The notes under the pieces are model-generated. The model did not search any database. It saw only the letters and a list, made by a program, of their open reading frames with translations, and had not been told where the DNA came from. Position numbers and translations under genes: made by a program. A stretch of 63,007 bases of DNA, the filler included, from Sphacelaria rigidula (Eukaryota), in assembly GCA_964200075.2 (NCBI GenBank). It is 11 parts of 11 records of this genome, joined end to end, with 100 filler letters (N's around TTAATTAATTAA, not from the genome) between each part and the next. Parts side by side here need not be neighbours in the genome. Positions count along the whole stretch, not along the records: positions 1 to 5,638 come from CAXNAA020025668.1; positions 5,739 to 11,375 come from CAXNAA020025669.1; 9 more parts are not named here. One strand, given 5' to 3'. This document shows, piece by piece, positions 1 to 11,375 of this stretch (position 1 is its first letter; every line of letters begins with the position of its first letter).

Positions 1-310
1 GGGTTCGATTCCCGGAGCGATCTGGGATTTTTTCTTACACCATGCGTAATAGTGGAGAGCGACTATGTCGTGGGTACACAAAGTTCGACTTGACGGTCGA
101 CGAGGGAACGGGACGGCTGATCCCCTCTCGCGATAAAAAAATAGAAAGGCAAGCACCGCAGAAGGAAGGTGGGGTACTAAAAACAAATAAAAAAGAAAAA
201 GTTCCTGTATTGATCTTCCTCCTGTGTTGACCTTCCTCCTGTGTGACCCTGGCTGATGCGCCCACATATCCCGAAAGGGGTAGACTGGCGCCCAGAATAA
301 ATGGGACGAC

Positions 311-361
<51 letters not shown>
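1..361 (+). mobile_element. tRNA-derived SINE family 1, 5'-truncated by the contig start, ending in a (CA)n tail
   Basis: Starts with B-box-like GGTTCGATTCC. Body (AGTGGAGAGCGACTA...GGTCGACGAGGGAA...CCAGAATAAATGGGA) is homologous to the copies at 25302-25750 and 56265-56620. (CA)n tract at about 312-361. Confidence 0.75.
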
Positions 362-364
<3 letters not shown>

Positions 365-664
365 TCTTATCGCCCACGGCTAGCGGGCCCGTCAACGTGT
401 CCCAAATAATTAACCCGTCAATCGATCCTGCGGTCTTGATGATCAGTACCGCCTATACCGTGATGCATGATAGAACACAGATTACAGGAATGCACACGGT
501 GATCCCTTTTTTTTTTTTTTCCTGGAAGGAACCAGGACACGTGACCAGCAGTTAGTCATCGATTACCCGGAGGCTCGGCGAGACTACCCCACCGCATTCA
601 AGTGGGGTAGGCGTCTCAAACGTTCGCAAGCTTTGCTCCAAGGCAGCGTAGGGGTCCGACCCAC

Positions 665-880
665 TTCACCCTCAGGCTGCGAGGGTAGTCCATCTGGATG
701 ATGCATTCTTTTTCAAAGTGAACTTGATGCTGATTCAACAGATGGCCTACTCTTGCCGTACAAAGGTTAATTAACCCTTAGACCGCGGTGCGGGTAGTCC
801 ATCTGGATTATACATACTTTTTCAAAGTGAACATTGATGCTGATTGAGCAGGTGACCTACCCCTCCGGTCCAAGGGGTAA
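665..880. mobile_element. Two head-to-tail copies of a ~105-110 bp piggyBac-like MITE
   Basis: Units 665-770 and 771-880 share the core GGGTAGTCCATCTGGAT...CAAAGTGAAC...TGATGCTGATT. Ends are TTAACCCTT / AAGG(G)TTAA-like. Third copy at 58178-58290. Confidence 0.65.
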
Positions 881-1444
881 ACCCCCCGTCACACTGCGCG
901 AGGACCGACACCCGGATGGGTAGGGTGACTCGTGTACAGAGTCGAGCTGGGGGACATTGTAGGAGGGAGGTTTGCTCGGTGAGGAAAACCCTCGTTACAA
1001 GTCCGATACTACCTGGGTGGGGGGGCACTCCCACCTTGGTGCCCACCTCTAAATCCAATCGGAATATCTAACCTTCGGGTTGGGCATGCACGGCGCGTGG
1101 AGTGCACTCAGATGCGCTGCACGAAACCAGAGTTAGCGAAGCGCATGGTGAAAGTTTCCTGCCTGTCTCCTGGGGACGAAAAAAAAAGTGGGAAAACCTT
1201 GGCGCAGTGCACGCTCGGTCCAACGTTCTTGAGGTTCGGCCAAGCGGCGTTGATCTCTCCTACTTACCCACGCATCAAGCACAAATTACACGCGACGCGC
1301 GTGCACCTCGATTCTCCGTTTTCTTTGGTGTTGCTTGCCCTCATGATGCTGACTTCTTGTAATGTGATTTGAGTTCTATCGTGTAATCTTGTTTTCGCCC
1401 ACTTGGTTGGACTGTTTTTCCGCCCCTTGCGTCCGTGGATCTAA

Positions 1445-4400
1445 TTGAAGGGGGGCGGTCTGACCATAGGGGTGTTGGAAGACATCGCGAACGACATGGA
1501 GCTGACCAACGACAAGTGTCTCGGGAACGAGAGGTTTTACCAAGTGTTTGCTCGGCAAAGCATCGTCGGAGAGCTTGAAGAACCGGTGGGTGTTGGAAAA
1601 ATTATATACTCCGAAGTACTTACACTGTACTCGCTAAGGAGGGGCATATGTTGCCTGTCTCTTTTTTCGTTTTTCAGCCGAATGAGTGGCGTCCGACGGG
1701 GAACGGGGGAGCTTGGGACATTCAAACGTATTATTTCGTGTCTTGCCGCATTGTTGCGATATAGTTATTATCCATTGTTGAGATTGTAAGGGTAAGGGTA
1801 AGGGTAAGGGTGAGGGAAAGGATTCGTCGTTGTTGCTGTCGCCGTCGTCGTTATTGTCGCCATCGTCGTTGTTTTGTGTCGCTGCTGCTGTTACTGCTGC
1901 TGTTGCTTTGGAGTTGGAGTCATAGTTGGAGTCCCCCAATAATGACAAAAAATTATGCTGTCTCTGGTCTCTCGTAGGTTTATTCTATCCGCTATTTGTT
2001 GTGTATTGACGTCGCTTCATTCTCACGGCTCCACGTTTTTGGCTCGTCTTGTTTTACGCCGCAACAGGCTCCACCAGGCACCCCGATAACTGCGTACAGA
2101 GTTCTGAGACGAGTCATGGGCTTGAGCAAGGAAACTGCTGTGGAGGCCAACACACAGGCGCTTGCATACGAGCTCTCCCAATTACTATTCGACGGAGATG
2201 GTGAGCAAGACCGTTTCAGAAACAAGAAAATCGAAAATGTTTTGCAACGGCTTGATTTGTTTTATGCTCTTTTTTTCCCCCCCTCTGTGTACTCGCGTTT
2301 ATTATAGGTCAGGGACTGTTTCTTCGTCACGTCGATATTTTTTCATCTCTCGGCCATGGCCTAAATCCATAGCGCGTCGCTTCATATGCGACATCCATCT
2401 TAATCCGCGCCGAACAGGGTCCAGTGCACTTTTTGGCTGTTTCGATTCCGCCGCGCCCCGCTACTCTTCCCGGCGCATCCTATAATCGGTCAGAGCGGAA
2501 ATTTGAGGGTTTGAAGCCCAGCAAATATGGTGTTCTTTTCCCGAGGGGTAGTGTATCTGGTTTCCATGGTTGAAAGCGTAGCGAGGACGTGAGTAGCAAG
2601 AGAAAGTTTGTTTGACCAGAGTCGACGTGATGGCGGTAGTGTTGATGATCATGATCCAATCCGTGATATACACCAGATATGGAAGGTGTGTACCAGGAGA
2701 GAGATAGTGGTTGATCCCTTTGGGGCTTGGGACCACGCAATCTTGCCGAGGAATGGGATTGATTAAAAGTATAACATAATTACCCTTGCCGCTATTAGAA
2801 TATCCAATGTTTTGTGTTCAGTCGTTACACGAAGTATCCTGGAGTACTAAGTGGTGATATGTTTTGGTCAATCGATACTGCAGATACCACCCGCGGCACT
2901 TGGTACTGCAATTTCCGCGAAAACTCTGGGTAAAGAGGGTGTAGCACCTTACCTCGATGATCTTCCGGATATCCCCTTCAAGACTTTGAGGAAGGGATGT
3001 TTATTTTCGAAACTCTGGCCCCATTCCAAGATTTGATCGTCGAAAAAGTGGATAAACATTACCGGTGTTCGACAGCAAATATTTTGTGCAACGTACAGGG
3101 TAGCACCTTAGTTGGGGAGCGTAAAATATCCCGCAATCCATCGCCACGCATAGGCGTGTCGAACATCCATGTCGTACTGTTGCTAAGCTCGCTCGAGTAT
3201 TCTACTCGATGTTGGTGTGCTTTGTTTTTATCCAAGCATGGCTGCTCGCCGGAGCGTTTTCTCCGATATGTTGCTCGTTTCCTGTGAAGCAGCTCAATAG
3301 CATGAGGTGTTATAGGGCAACCATGTAATGAGTCTCTCCGGACGACGTGAAACCCGCCTTGAACTCTCCCTGTGAACAAGGCCCCACATTGCCAGAAGTT
3401 TTCCTGCAGAAATGCCTGAGTAAGATGGTATCTAATGACGCAACGTCCAGGGGCGGGGCCGCCGCAGATTACGAAATAATGGAGAAGATACTTGATATAT
3501 ACCCGGGTGTTATACGGAGTATAGTACCTACGGTATATTCGACCACCTGCGACTTTCATGTCTTCCGTGAGAACGCACACGACGGAATTGGCCGGCGTTT
3601 TTCTTTGCGCAGCAGTATAGTAAAAATGTGCTTGATTTGTGCCAGACAGTACGTTGTGTTTTAGTACGCCTTACAACCAGTGTATGTTGATATGTTGCAG
3701 CTGTGCTATTTTGCGCGTATAGCTTTTTTTGGGTGATCACGTAGGGAGCCAACTCTTGGATTGTGCAAGTAGCATTCGTAGCACTTTCAAGGCGCTTGTC
3801 CGTGGGATTGATGCGTCTTTGGTGATTGAAGTTACTCCCCTAGTCGAGTGGTACTTTTATCGTTGTCAGAAAATATCCAGATATGTGAAAACGCCGATTC
3901 CTGGGTATACACGGCGTAGTTCACGCGGAAACCGTTTTGAGCAAAAATCTTCTTCGGAACTCTCTCTGAATTAATATGTTGGGAGCTATGGATCATGTGA
4001 AGAATGGATTCCCTGCGGGTCTGACCCTACCTATTCCAGGATAAGGGTTGGGTACGATAGTAGGAGTATTGAAACGAAGCAGGGTCATGATCCAACTTGC
4101 AGTCTCGTACGGAAGGGGTTGGTGAAGTCACGATAGTGTGTCAGAAAACGATGCGCGGCACGTGTGTTTAGAAAGGTGATTGCGTTGTGAACTCAAGTGT
4201 TCACTTATCTTTTTTTAATGCGTAGTGTACCGAACTAGTCAACAGTCTTATGTTTTATTTTCTGTTTCTGAGAAAAAGTCCGTAATTTCAAGACATTAGC
4301 TCATTTCCACCCGCGGACCACTTGCGTTACACTTTTGTAATTTTTTTGCCGTCAAGAACTAGTTGCGGATTCCTGCAGTCGGTCGGCTCTCTCGTGGACT

Positions 4401-5326
4401 TATGTCGCCGATTCTCGTTCTTCTACGTTTCGAACGATGGTAGCTAGGTAAAGACGAACTTTGCTCTAACCCCGATTTTTCGTCCTGGATCCGAACCCCT
4501 TAAAGTCGCCCCAAAAAGTAGTGACGTACTTCATTATACTAAATTAACCACTTCGACGCGGCGGCAATAATTTTGTGTCGACCGGATGCAACAGATTCTC
4601 TGCCAGACTTGAAGGCAAGCTGGGACAACATGATGTGGAATTTGGAGTTTATTGAGGATGAAGAAGACCGGCGGACCTATGTGGAGGCTGCGAAGGAGGC
4701 TGTGTCTGCGGCTCTCGCCCAGGTAGAGTACGGCGATGTGTGTACCCGGTGCTGTTACTACAATCCAAGTTGTACGCTGTTAAGTTTTCGGCGTTGCAGC
4801 ATGCGCCGCACGGGGCATCTTGTGAGCTCATTGCCGCAGAAGTTTGCAGCGAGCAAGTGCTCAACGAATTCCTGAGAGAACAGTGTATAAAACGGTAGGC
4901 AACCGAGCTGCTTTTTCATGCCAGCCGGGTGGATGGGGACGGGACCACAGGTGGCTCTTGAACGTTTGTTTTAGAAAAGATGGACAAATGCCGGGAATTT
5001 GATTGTGCGGTTTTGGTGTGTCGTACGTGTTGCACCCGTTGTACATGCACGTGTCGGGTTGAGTTGGAGACGGAGATAGGTCATATGCTTGAACAGTACC
5101 GTAGGCAGTACATTGTTCTTGACAATGTAGTCTATTATTCACGGTGTGCACTTTTGCGATGTACATCACCACCCAGAGGATGCGGAGTATACCGCCCGAG
5201 GCGATAGGGAACCCCACCGCGATTCGGTACTGTAGGCTGCGGACGCCAGGTGCCACCGATAATCGAGCTGATGGAAGCATCTCGTGGAGATCTTTCCGTA
5301 AACAGAACCTGATGGCATTGCGGTGA
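1445..5326 (+). pseudogene. Disrupted multi-exon gene of unknown function
   Basis: Exon-like blocks with AG/GT borders, e.g. ~2068-2200 (APPGTPITAYRVLRRVMGL...LLFDGD), ~2884-3098, ~3744-3851 and ~4595-4722 (SLPDLKASWDNMMWNLEFIEDEEDRRTYVEAAKEAVSAALAQ). Some contain in-frame stops or frameshifts. No family recognised; boundaries approximate. Confidence 0.35.
1787..1816 (+). repeat. (TAAGGG)4 hexamer microsatellite followed by a trinucleotide low-complexity tract
   Basis: Read directly: TAAGGG x4 then TGAGGG; GTC/GTT/GCT repeats continue to about 1930. Confidence 0.85.
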
Positions 5327-5638
5327 TTTTGTTTTCAGATGGTTTCGAGTTGGATTCGTCTCGCCCCGAGTGATTTACCCAGTTTAACACCCACCTACCG
5401 CAATGGGGCTAAGTCGGCGGCTCCTGTCGGCATACAAGGCACGTGGTGCGTCGATTTATAGTTTCTTGATTTTTTTTTTGTCTCGCTTGTGTTTTAGCCT
5501 CCACTGCCCCTTCGTCGAGTTCCTTGCGACCATTCCGAAGTCTATTAAAAAGATCGACCCCTGTTCCTCTCCCGTGAGGCACCCATGAGGCAGTGTATGA
5601 GCCGTGGCTGTCTCTGGAAGTGCGATACCAGACAATAA

Positions 5639-5738
5639 NNNNNNNNNNNNNNNNNNNNNNNNNNNNNNNNNNNNNNNNNNNNTTAATTAATTAANNNNNN
5701 NNNNNNNNNNNNNNNNNNNNNNNNNNNNNNNNNNNNNN
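5639..5738. other. Artificial contig linker N44-TTAATTAATTAA-N44 (first of ten)
   Basis: Identical 100-bp linkers start at 5639, 11376, 17113, 22850, 28587, 34324, 40061, 45798, 51535 and 57272. TTAATTAATTAA gives stops in all six frames. Confidence 0.99.
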
Positions 5739-6667
5739 CGGAACAGTCCCCTCCTCGTCAAACGAAAGAATTATGAGACCCCACCCGCGCCATGTTATCA
5801 TTGCCGTCGCCAAGGCTTGCGAATGATAATAGAAAACCCTCGATGTGCTACGGAAACCATACTTTTTTTCGTATCATTAACTTATCCCGCGTCATGCGTA
5901 GGCAGGGGTACAATAGCTTCATTAACTCATGGGGTGATGCAGGAATGGTGTTCAAGTATCTGCGCACAGGAATGGCGAGAATCACAAGGATTTTGACCGT
6001 ACACGCGGGGACGCTGCATTCAAGAGAGATCGCGCGCATTTGCACAAATACTCGGAATCGTAATTCGGTAACCGCGTAGAGCTACGCCTCAAGGCGCACA
6101 AAGGCGAACAAAAAAGACTGAGAGTTGTTCTGAATTCAGAGATCGTTATCTACCCCAATAGGATAAGCCTTAGGTACGTGACGCGGCGGGCCAAAGAAAC
6201 TGCTCGATCGCTTTCGTGCTAGTTCATTCACTCTGAGTTCGACGCGACAGTGCCCCGCTAGTAACGTAGACATCACAGCCAACGGTGCCGGGCATGGACG
6301 CATGAGCAAGCAACAACAACATTACTTCGGGCAATCGTACAACAACACTGTCTGCGTGAACCGATTAGAATACGCGCTCCATTCGGGACGTATAGGTGGC
6401 GAAACTCCCCTTGCTGCGGCAGGCCTTCTGCCGGTAGCGATTCAGCGAAAGGTCATTGGCGTATTGGCGACATTATGGAGTACGTTGCAGCCGATCTAGA
6501 GATCAGGGAGAGCGTCTCGGGCACCCGCAGATGACGCAATAGAAGGTGGCAGACATTCAACCCGGACACAGGACTGGATGGAAAGATGGCAGCGATCGGC
6601 CTTTATTCTAAGGTAATGATAATCAACAGCATAGAACAGAACGCTGCAAAGGAGGAAACGAGAAGAG

Positions 6668-6933
6668 TGTGACGCCAGCCAGAAGAAGAGCTGGATCACT
6701 GCTGCTTGAGGGACTCCCCAGTCGCACTGACCTCAGTTTCAGTTGTCAGCCTTTACTACATTTCATTATCCGGGGAGCCCTTGCAGGCACAGCCTCATAG
6801 ACCCGTCAGGGTGTTATTCCCGTGTCTCCGGTCGTTGTCCAGGATCTTCCCAGAATTCTCCAGAATCCCCGTGTCCCCGGTGACTATCCAGACTATCACT
6901 ACCATCTCAACGTAACGGCGTAATTTCGTCACA
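6668..6933 (-). mobile_element. 3' LTR of Gypsy family A, copy A1 (266 bp)
   Basis: TGTGACG...CGTCACA inverted termini; clearly homologous to the LTR at 43138-43391; lies just downstream of the pol stop codon. Confidence 0.9.
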
Positions 6934-7007
6934 GCACCCTCAAAGCGCGTTGGACGAAAATCGAGCAACAAGCTTGACACATAGAAAACGCCAAAACGAT
7001 GAGGAAG

Positions 7008-10000
7008 TCATACATGAATGCCAAACTCACGCGTAATGCGAGCGGCAACGACACGAGTCACACGCAGTTCACGTAACTCCTTCGTGAGAAATTCCGGAGC
7101 GGCCTCAAAAATATCCTTGAAAGGCTCCCACGTACGCTCCTCAACTTAGAAACCAACCCAGTCGACCAAAACGATCAACGAACGATCGTCTGCTTCTGCC
7201 ACTCGGACAATACCAGCCATCTGAAATCGCCCCTGATCGAGAGCGTGCTGGAACACATCCTCAACGCCAGCCGTAACATTAAGCTGTGCGAGCTTGCCAA
7301 AAAACGCAAACGAGCTACATGAGTGGTGTGAACAAGACCCAAAACAATGTTCTGGATTTCACACACGTGCGGATTTTGTTGTTTCCTTCATGGGAGGAGG
7401 AAACCCAACCCAACAGTTACCTCGCTAGCGATCGCAGGCGATCGCTAGCGAGTTTGTGTGCCGATTACCCGAAGGCTCGGCTAGACCACCTCGCGGCAGT
7501 CATGTGGGGAAGACGCCCCGAGCGGTGGCTCAAGGCAGTGTGGGGGATGCTCCCACTAAAGCCCCCTATCAACTTGGCGCAGTGCACGCGCCACCCTGCT
7601 CTTAGGAGCTTTGGTCCTAGAAAACACGTGCGGGTGGTGAGCACCAACCACTTTCCACGGACCAGTCCATGTCGCCATCAACTTGGGCGTAACGCCCGGA
7701 CGATGCACGCGTGCACACAAAACATAGTCGCCTACCTAAAGCTCGGCAGTCCCAGCCCCGACGAGGACCCCTCACGTCTACGCGCACGTTCAGCGGCAAC
7801 ACGCTCATGCACTTGAACGTGGGAACGTTCTCGCAAGTCCAAGACTCCTTGCAATGCACGCTCAATTTGACCACCATCCAGGACATCACAATTCCATTCC
7901 TCCGCCGACGAAGACGCCAACGCCGAGAAAGAGTCCGAGGAGCACGACCAGGAATCATGTGGTACGTCGTACTGTGGTAACGACGACGGTACGCTGTATT
8001 GAGCGCCCATTGCACCGCAGGCAACACGTTCACCCACTCGAAAACCGCTCTACGCTGCTCGAGAAGAATAGAGTAAAGACCGCAAACTACTTCCTTGATC
8101 ATGCGTTCGCACGTGCCGTTAGACCACGGAGAATACGCCACCGCAAGCTGGTGATCAACGTGCAAAGCCTCTCACAATCGAGCCATGATCGCACTCTTCA
8201 AATGCGTGGCGGTGTCACTCACCCACACACGCGGAACCCCCAAAGTCTTGCACCAATGTACCAAAGATGCAGCAGTCGCTCCAGCAGTACATACTGCTAC
8301 TGGTTTCAGAGACACGAAGTTCCTCAAATCATCCAGCATTACCAAAATGTATCGAAACCCAGCATCCTCCGACAAACTTTGGGAAGCTAGCGGGCCACTC
8401 TCGCTCGCCTACAAGAAGTCAAAATGAACGACGTCATTCGGCATGGTCCCAGGAATCATTTCACCGAGCGGGCCGGAAACAACATCGCCCGCCCTCGAGT
8501 CAGCACAGTAAAGACACTGGCGGACAAATTCGCGCACATGAGTTTCCATCCCCTGCCAAACATAAAACTCGTGTAAGCGCACGAGCGTCGCAGCCACACC
8601 ACGATGCTCGGTATCGCACATGTGCGCGCAAATAATCAGACGTACCTGTAACTGCTTATCAGAACTCGAAATCCACAAAACATTTCAGCCACGCACATGC
8701 ACTCTAAACAAAGCTTCATTATCCAAGATAGTAGTACCAATGTCCGACTCGAAAGATTGCACACCCGCATCTTCGGCCCCAAGGTCTTTCCGTTGCGCTT
8801 GGCGGACACCAGATTTGGACGACATCTAGTCATCAGGTTCACACGGACCATACACAGCCACAGCGCGCACAGGCAAAGCCGGAATATTAACCCAACGCGA
8901 AAGCAAGTTACCCCACGCGTTACGGTCACCAGAAATATGGCGAAAATCGAGTAGCAATACTGACCAAGAACACCTTTCCAATCCTCCAAACGTTGTGCCA
9001 ACGCCTTCGACACAGACGTAACGCACGCTGCCGGGTTGAAAATATACACGATATTTCGGTGATCCGTGAAAATGTGCCCGCCATCCCACAAAAGATGCTT
9101 CGAACGACGGAATTTTCTCACGATAGCAAAACGTTCCTAGTCAATTGTGACCCAGCGCAACTGAGAATCTTTGAAACTACCACTGAGGGAAGCCAGTGGT
9201 TCATGCGTCATATCATCGACCGGCAAGCGTTGTTGCATTTCAACTTCAGACACCTGCGTGACAAACCCATGCCAACGGTACTCAGAAGCATCCAGAAACA
9301 TCAACACCTGTCAATCAGGACGAGGATGGATCAGCGTCACGGCATGGGCCACCAGATCCTTCGCTGCCGCCCACGCCTGCAGCCTGCCCTCCGTCCACGA
9401 TGCAGGCAGAATAGCACGGTTGTCTGCCACACGCTCCTTGAGTTCTTCGAGGAAAAAACGTGAGGGAGCTACGATTTCTGCCATACGCGGCAACGAGGTA
9501 CGCAGCAAATTCACGGCCTGAAGGACTTGCATTAGTTCTGCGGCCGTCTCCGGGCGCTGCATGTCAGACAAGCCTTGCAATCTGACAGGTTCATGATACA
9601 TGCGTGCGTGTGAGTACACTTTCCCACACCACACGAGTTCACTGGCGGAAAAGGTACACTGGTGCGCAGTCACAAACCAACACTCTCTAAGCGAGCCAAG
9701 ATAGCATCAATCGTGTCTAAACGTTCGTCTTCCGTGTCCGCGGAAAAGAACACATCATCCCATAATATCTTGCATTTTAAGCCGACGAGAAGTTCTGCCA
9801 TGATGCCTTGAAAATACGCCGTGGCATTCAGCATGCCTTGCGGCACTCGCTTCGGGGTAAACAAGCCAAGCGGAGTCGTGATGATGAAATGTCCTGCGCC
9901 TCCTCCGCCAACGGTATCTGCCAGTAACCTTGAAGAAGATCCAACTTGCCAAAAAACGAGCACTCAACAGATCACGCACGTCCGAGTCTTGGTTGGGCAT

Positions 10001-11315
10001 CACACCCGGTGACTTCTTCACCTGCTCATTCACGGCCTTGTAGTCGCTTACCAGGCAGAACGAGTATTTCTTCAGAACTGCCATAGCCGGATTGGACCAC
10101 ACCGTCTGCATGTTCCGGAAAACCAACCCGAGCGCCAAAAGAGCCACCTTGCACGACGCCAATAAACTCGACTGGACTGGACCGTGCCGCCGCGGCTTCG
10201 TCTTCACCGCGGACGCCCCAGGTTTTAGCTGAACACGCATGATGGCTCCACTTGCGCAGGGAGATCCCCCCGCAGCGCACGATGAAAGGCGTTGACGCGT
10301 CGACGCAAGATGCCGCGCAGGAGCTCCGCGTTTGAGACGCTGAGGCTTTTGGCCGCAGCATTGCCCTCCAGCACAACCTACCGAGCGGACTCCTCTTCCG
10401 CTGGATCCATGAACATCTCCAGGCCGCGCTCCACCAAGCGTTCCGCCACCTCATCCCGCTCCTTGGTCACCTGACCTCCAGCCTCCCCTGAAAAGCACCC
10501 ACAGACAAGCTCACGCGACGACTGCCCCAGAAGGCGGGCGTCTCCACGCGCGGGCCAGGCGGAGACATCCGCGTCTTTATGGAGTCCCAAAACCGCGCAC
10601 ACGGGTTGACTCCAAGATTCTGAAGGGTCGGTAACCCCAGAAGAATGACGTCATCCGGCCCCGGCATGATCGCAAACGAGATCAAAGGCAACGGCGCTGG
10701 CCCCCACGAAGTCGTGAAAGCCAGCTGCAGCGGAACAGTACGCTCCGTGACGGAAACATGCTGACCCGACGCGGTGACGGCCTGCCGGGCCCCGAGCGAA
10801 CACGAAATAAGCAGCGGCACACCCGGGACAACACCCTCCAACATCTCTACAATCTGCAGTGACAGGCTCGTTAAGTGGGCGCCAAAATCCAACACAGGCC
10901 GAACCCCAATGAATGGCTTCACGCTCCGGTTGATTTGGAAGATATAGCTACGCAGAAACGTACTTGTTCGCAAAGTCTACTGGCACCTTATCCGCCGACC
11001 GATGCGCCGCTAATCCCACTTGACGGAAAGGCTGCGCAGGCTGCGCAGGCAAAGACGCTCCGATACTTTCAAACGGCACCGTCGGCGGGTACGACCTCCA
11101 GTCAGCAGACCAATAATTTGGCGAAACTCCCACCAGCACATCAGTAGACGTTGCGCCTGGCGCTGCTGCCGGCGTCGCCACCGGCGCCACCACCGGCGCC
11201 TGCGCAGTGTTCGATACTGTAGAAGTCGGTCCCACCTGCACCGCCCGTTGCTGAGCAGTAGCACCTATGGCGGCGCCGGACCCAGAACCAGGCCGATGCT
11301 GACGCCGCCGCTGCT
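7008..11315 (-). mobile_element. Degenerate Ty3/Gypsy retrotransposon with chromodomain (family A, copy A1): gag end, PR, RT, RNase H, integrase, chromodomain
   Basis: PR VLDFGAH; RT TPLGLFTPKRVPQGMLNATAYFQ and LWDDVFF; RNase H IFTDHRN; integrase zinc finger AHMCDTEHRG...CLYC and core VHFDF, WVSDTATH, YSPWSNGTCER; chromodomain VLVDWVGF*VEERTWEPFKDIFEAAP ending at TGA 7008-7010. Many frameshifts and stops. Confidence 0.93.
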
Positions 11316-11318
11316 AAC

Positions 11319-11375
11319 AGCCGATCATCGATGTTGAGGATGGTGCTTTTGATTGAGGATGAGAACCCGGAGGAT
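11319..11375. repeat. End of an unidentified repeat (AGCCGATCATCGATGTTGAGGATGG...) abutting Gypsy gag
   Basis: Near-identical to 51477-51534; both run into contig ends. Confidence 0.8.

Noticed and set aside
1787..1816. Telomere
   Set aside because: Only four TAAGGG units, internal to the contig and adjoining other microsatellites.
5683..5694. TTAATTAATTAA recurring every 5737 bp as a biological periodic signal
   Set aside because: Always embedded in N44 padding; it is a six-frame-stop concatenation linker.
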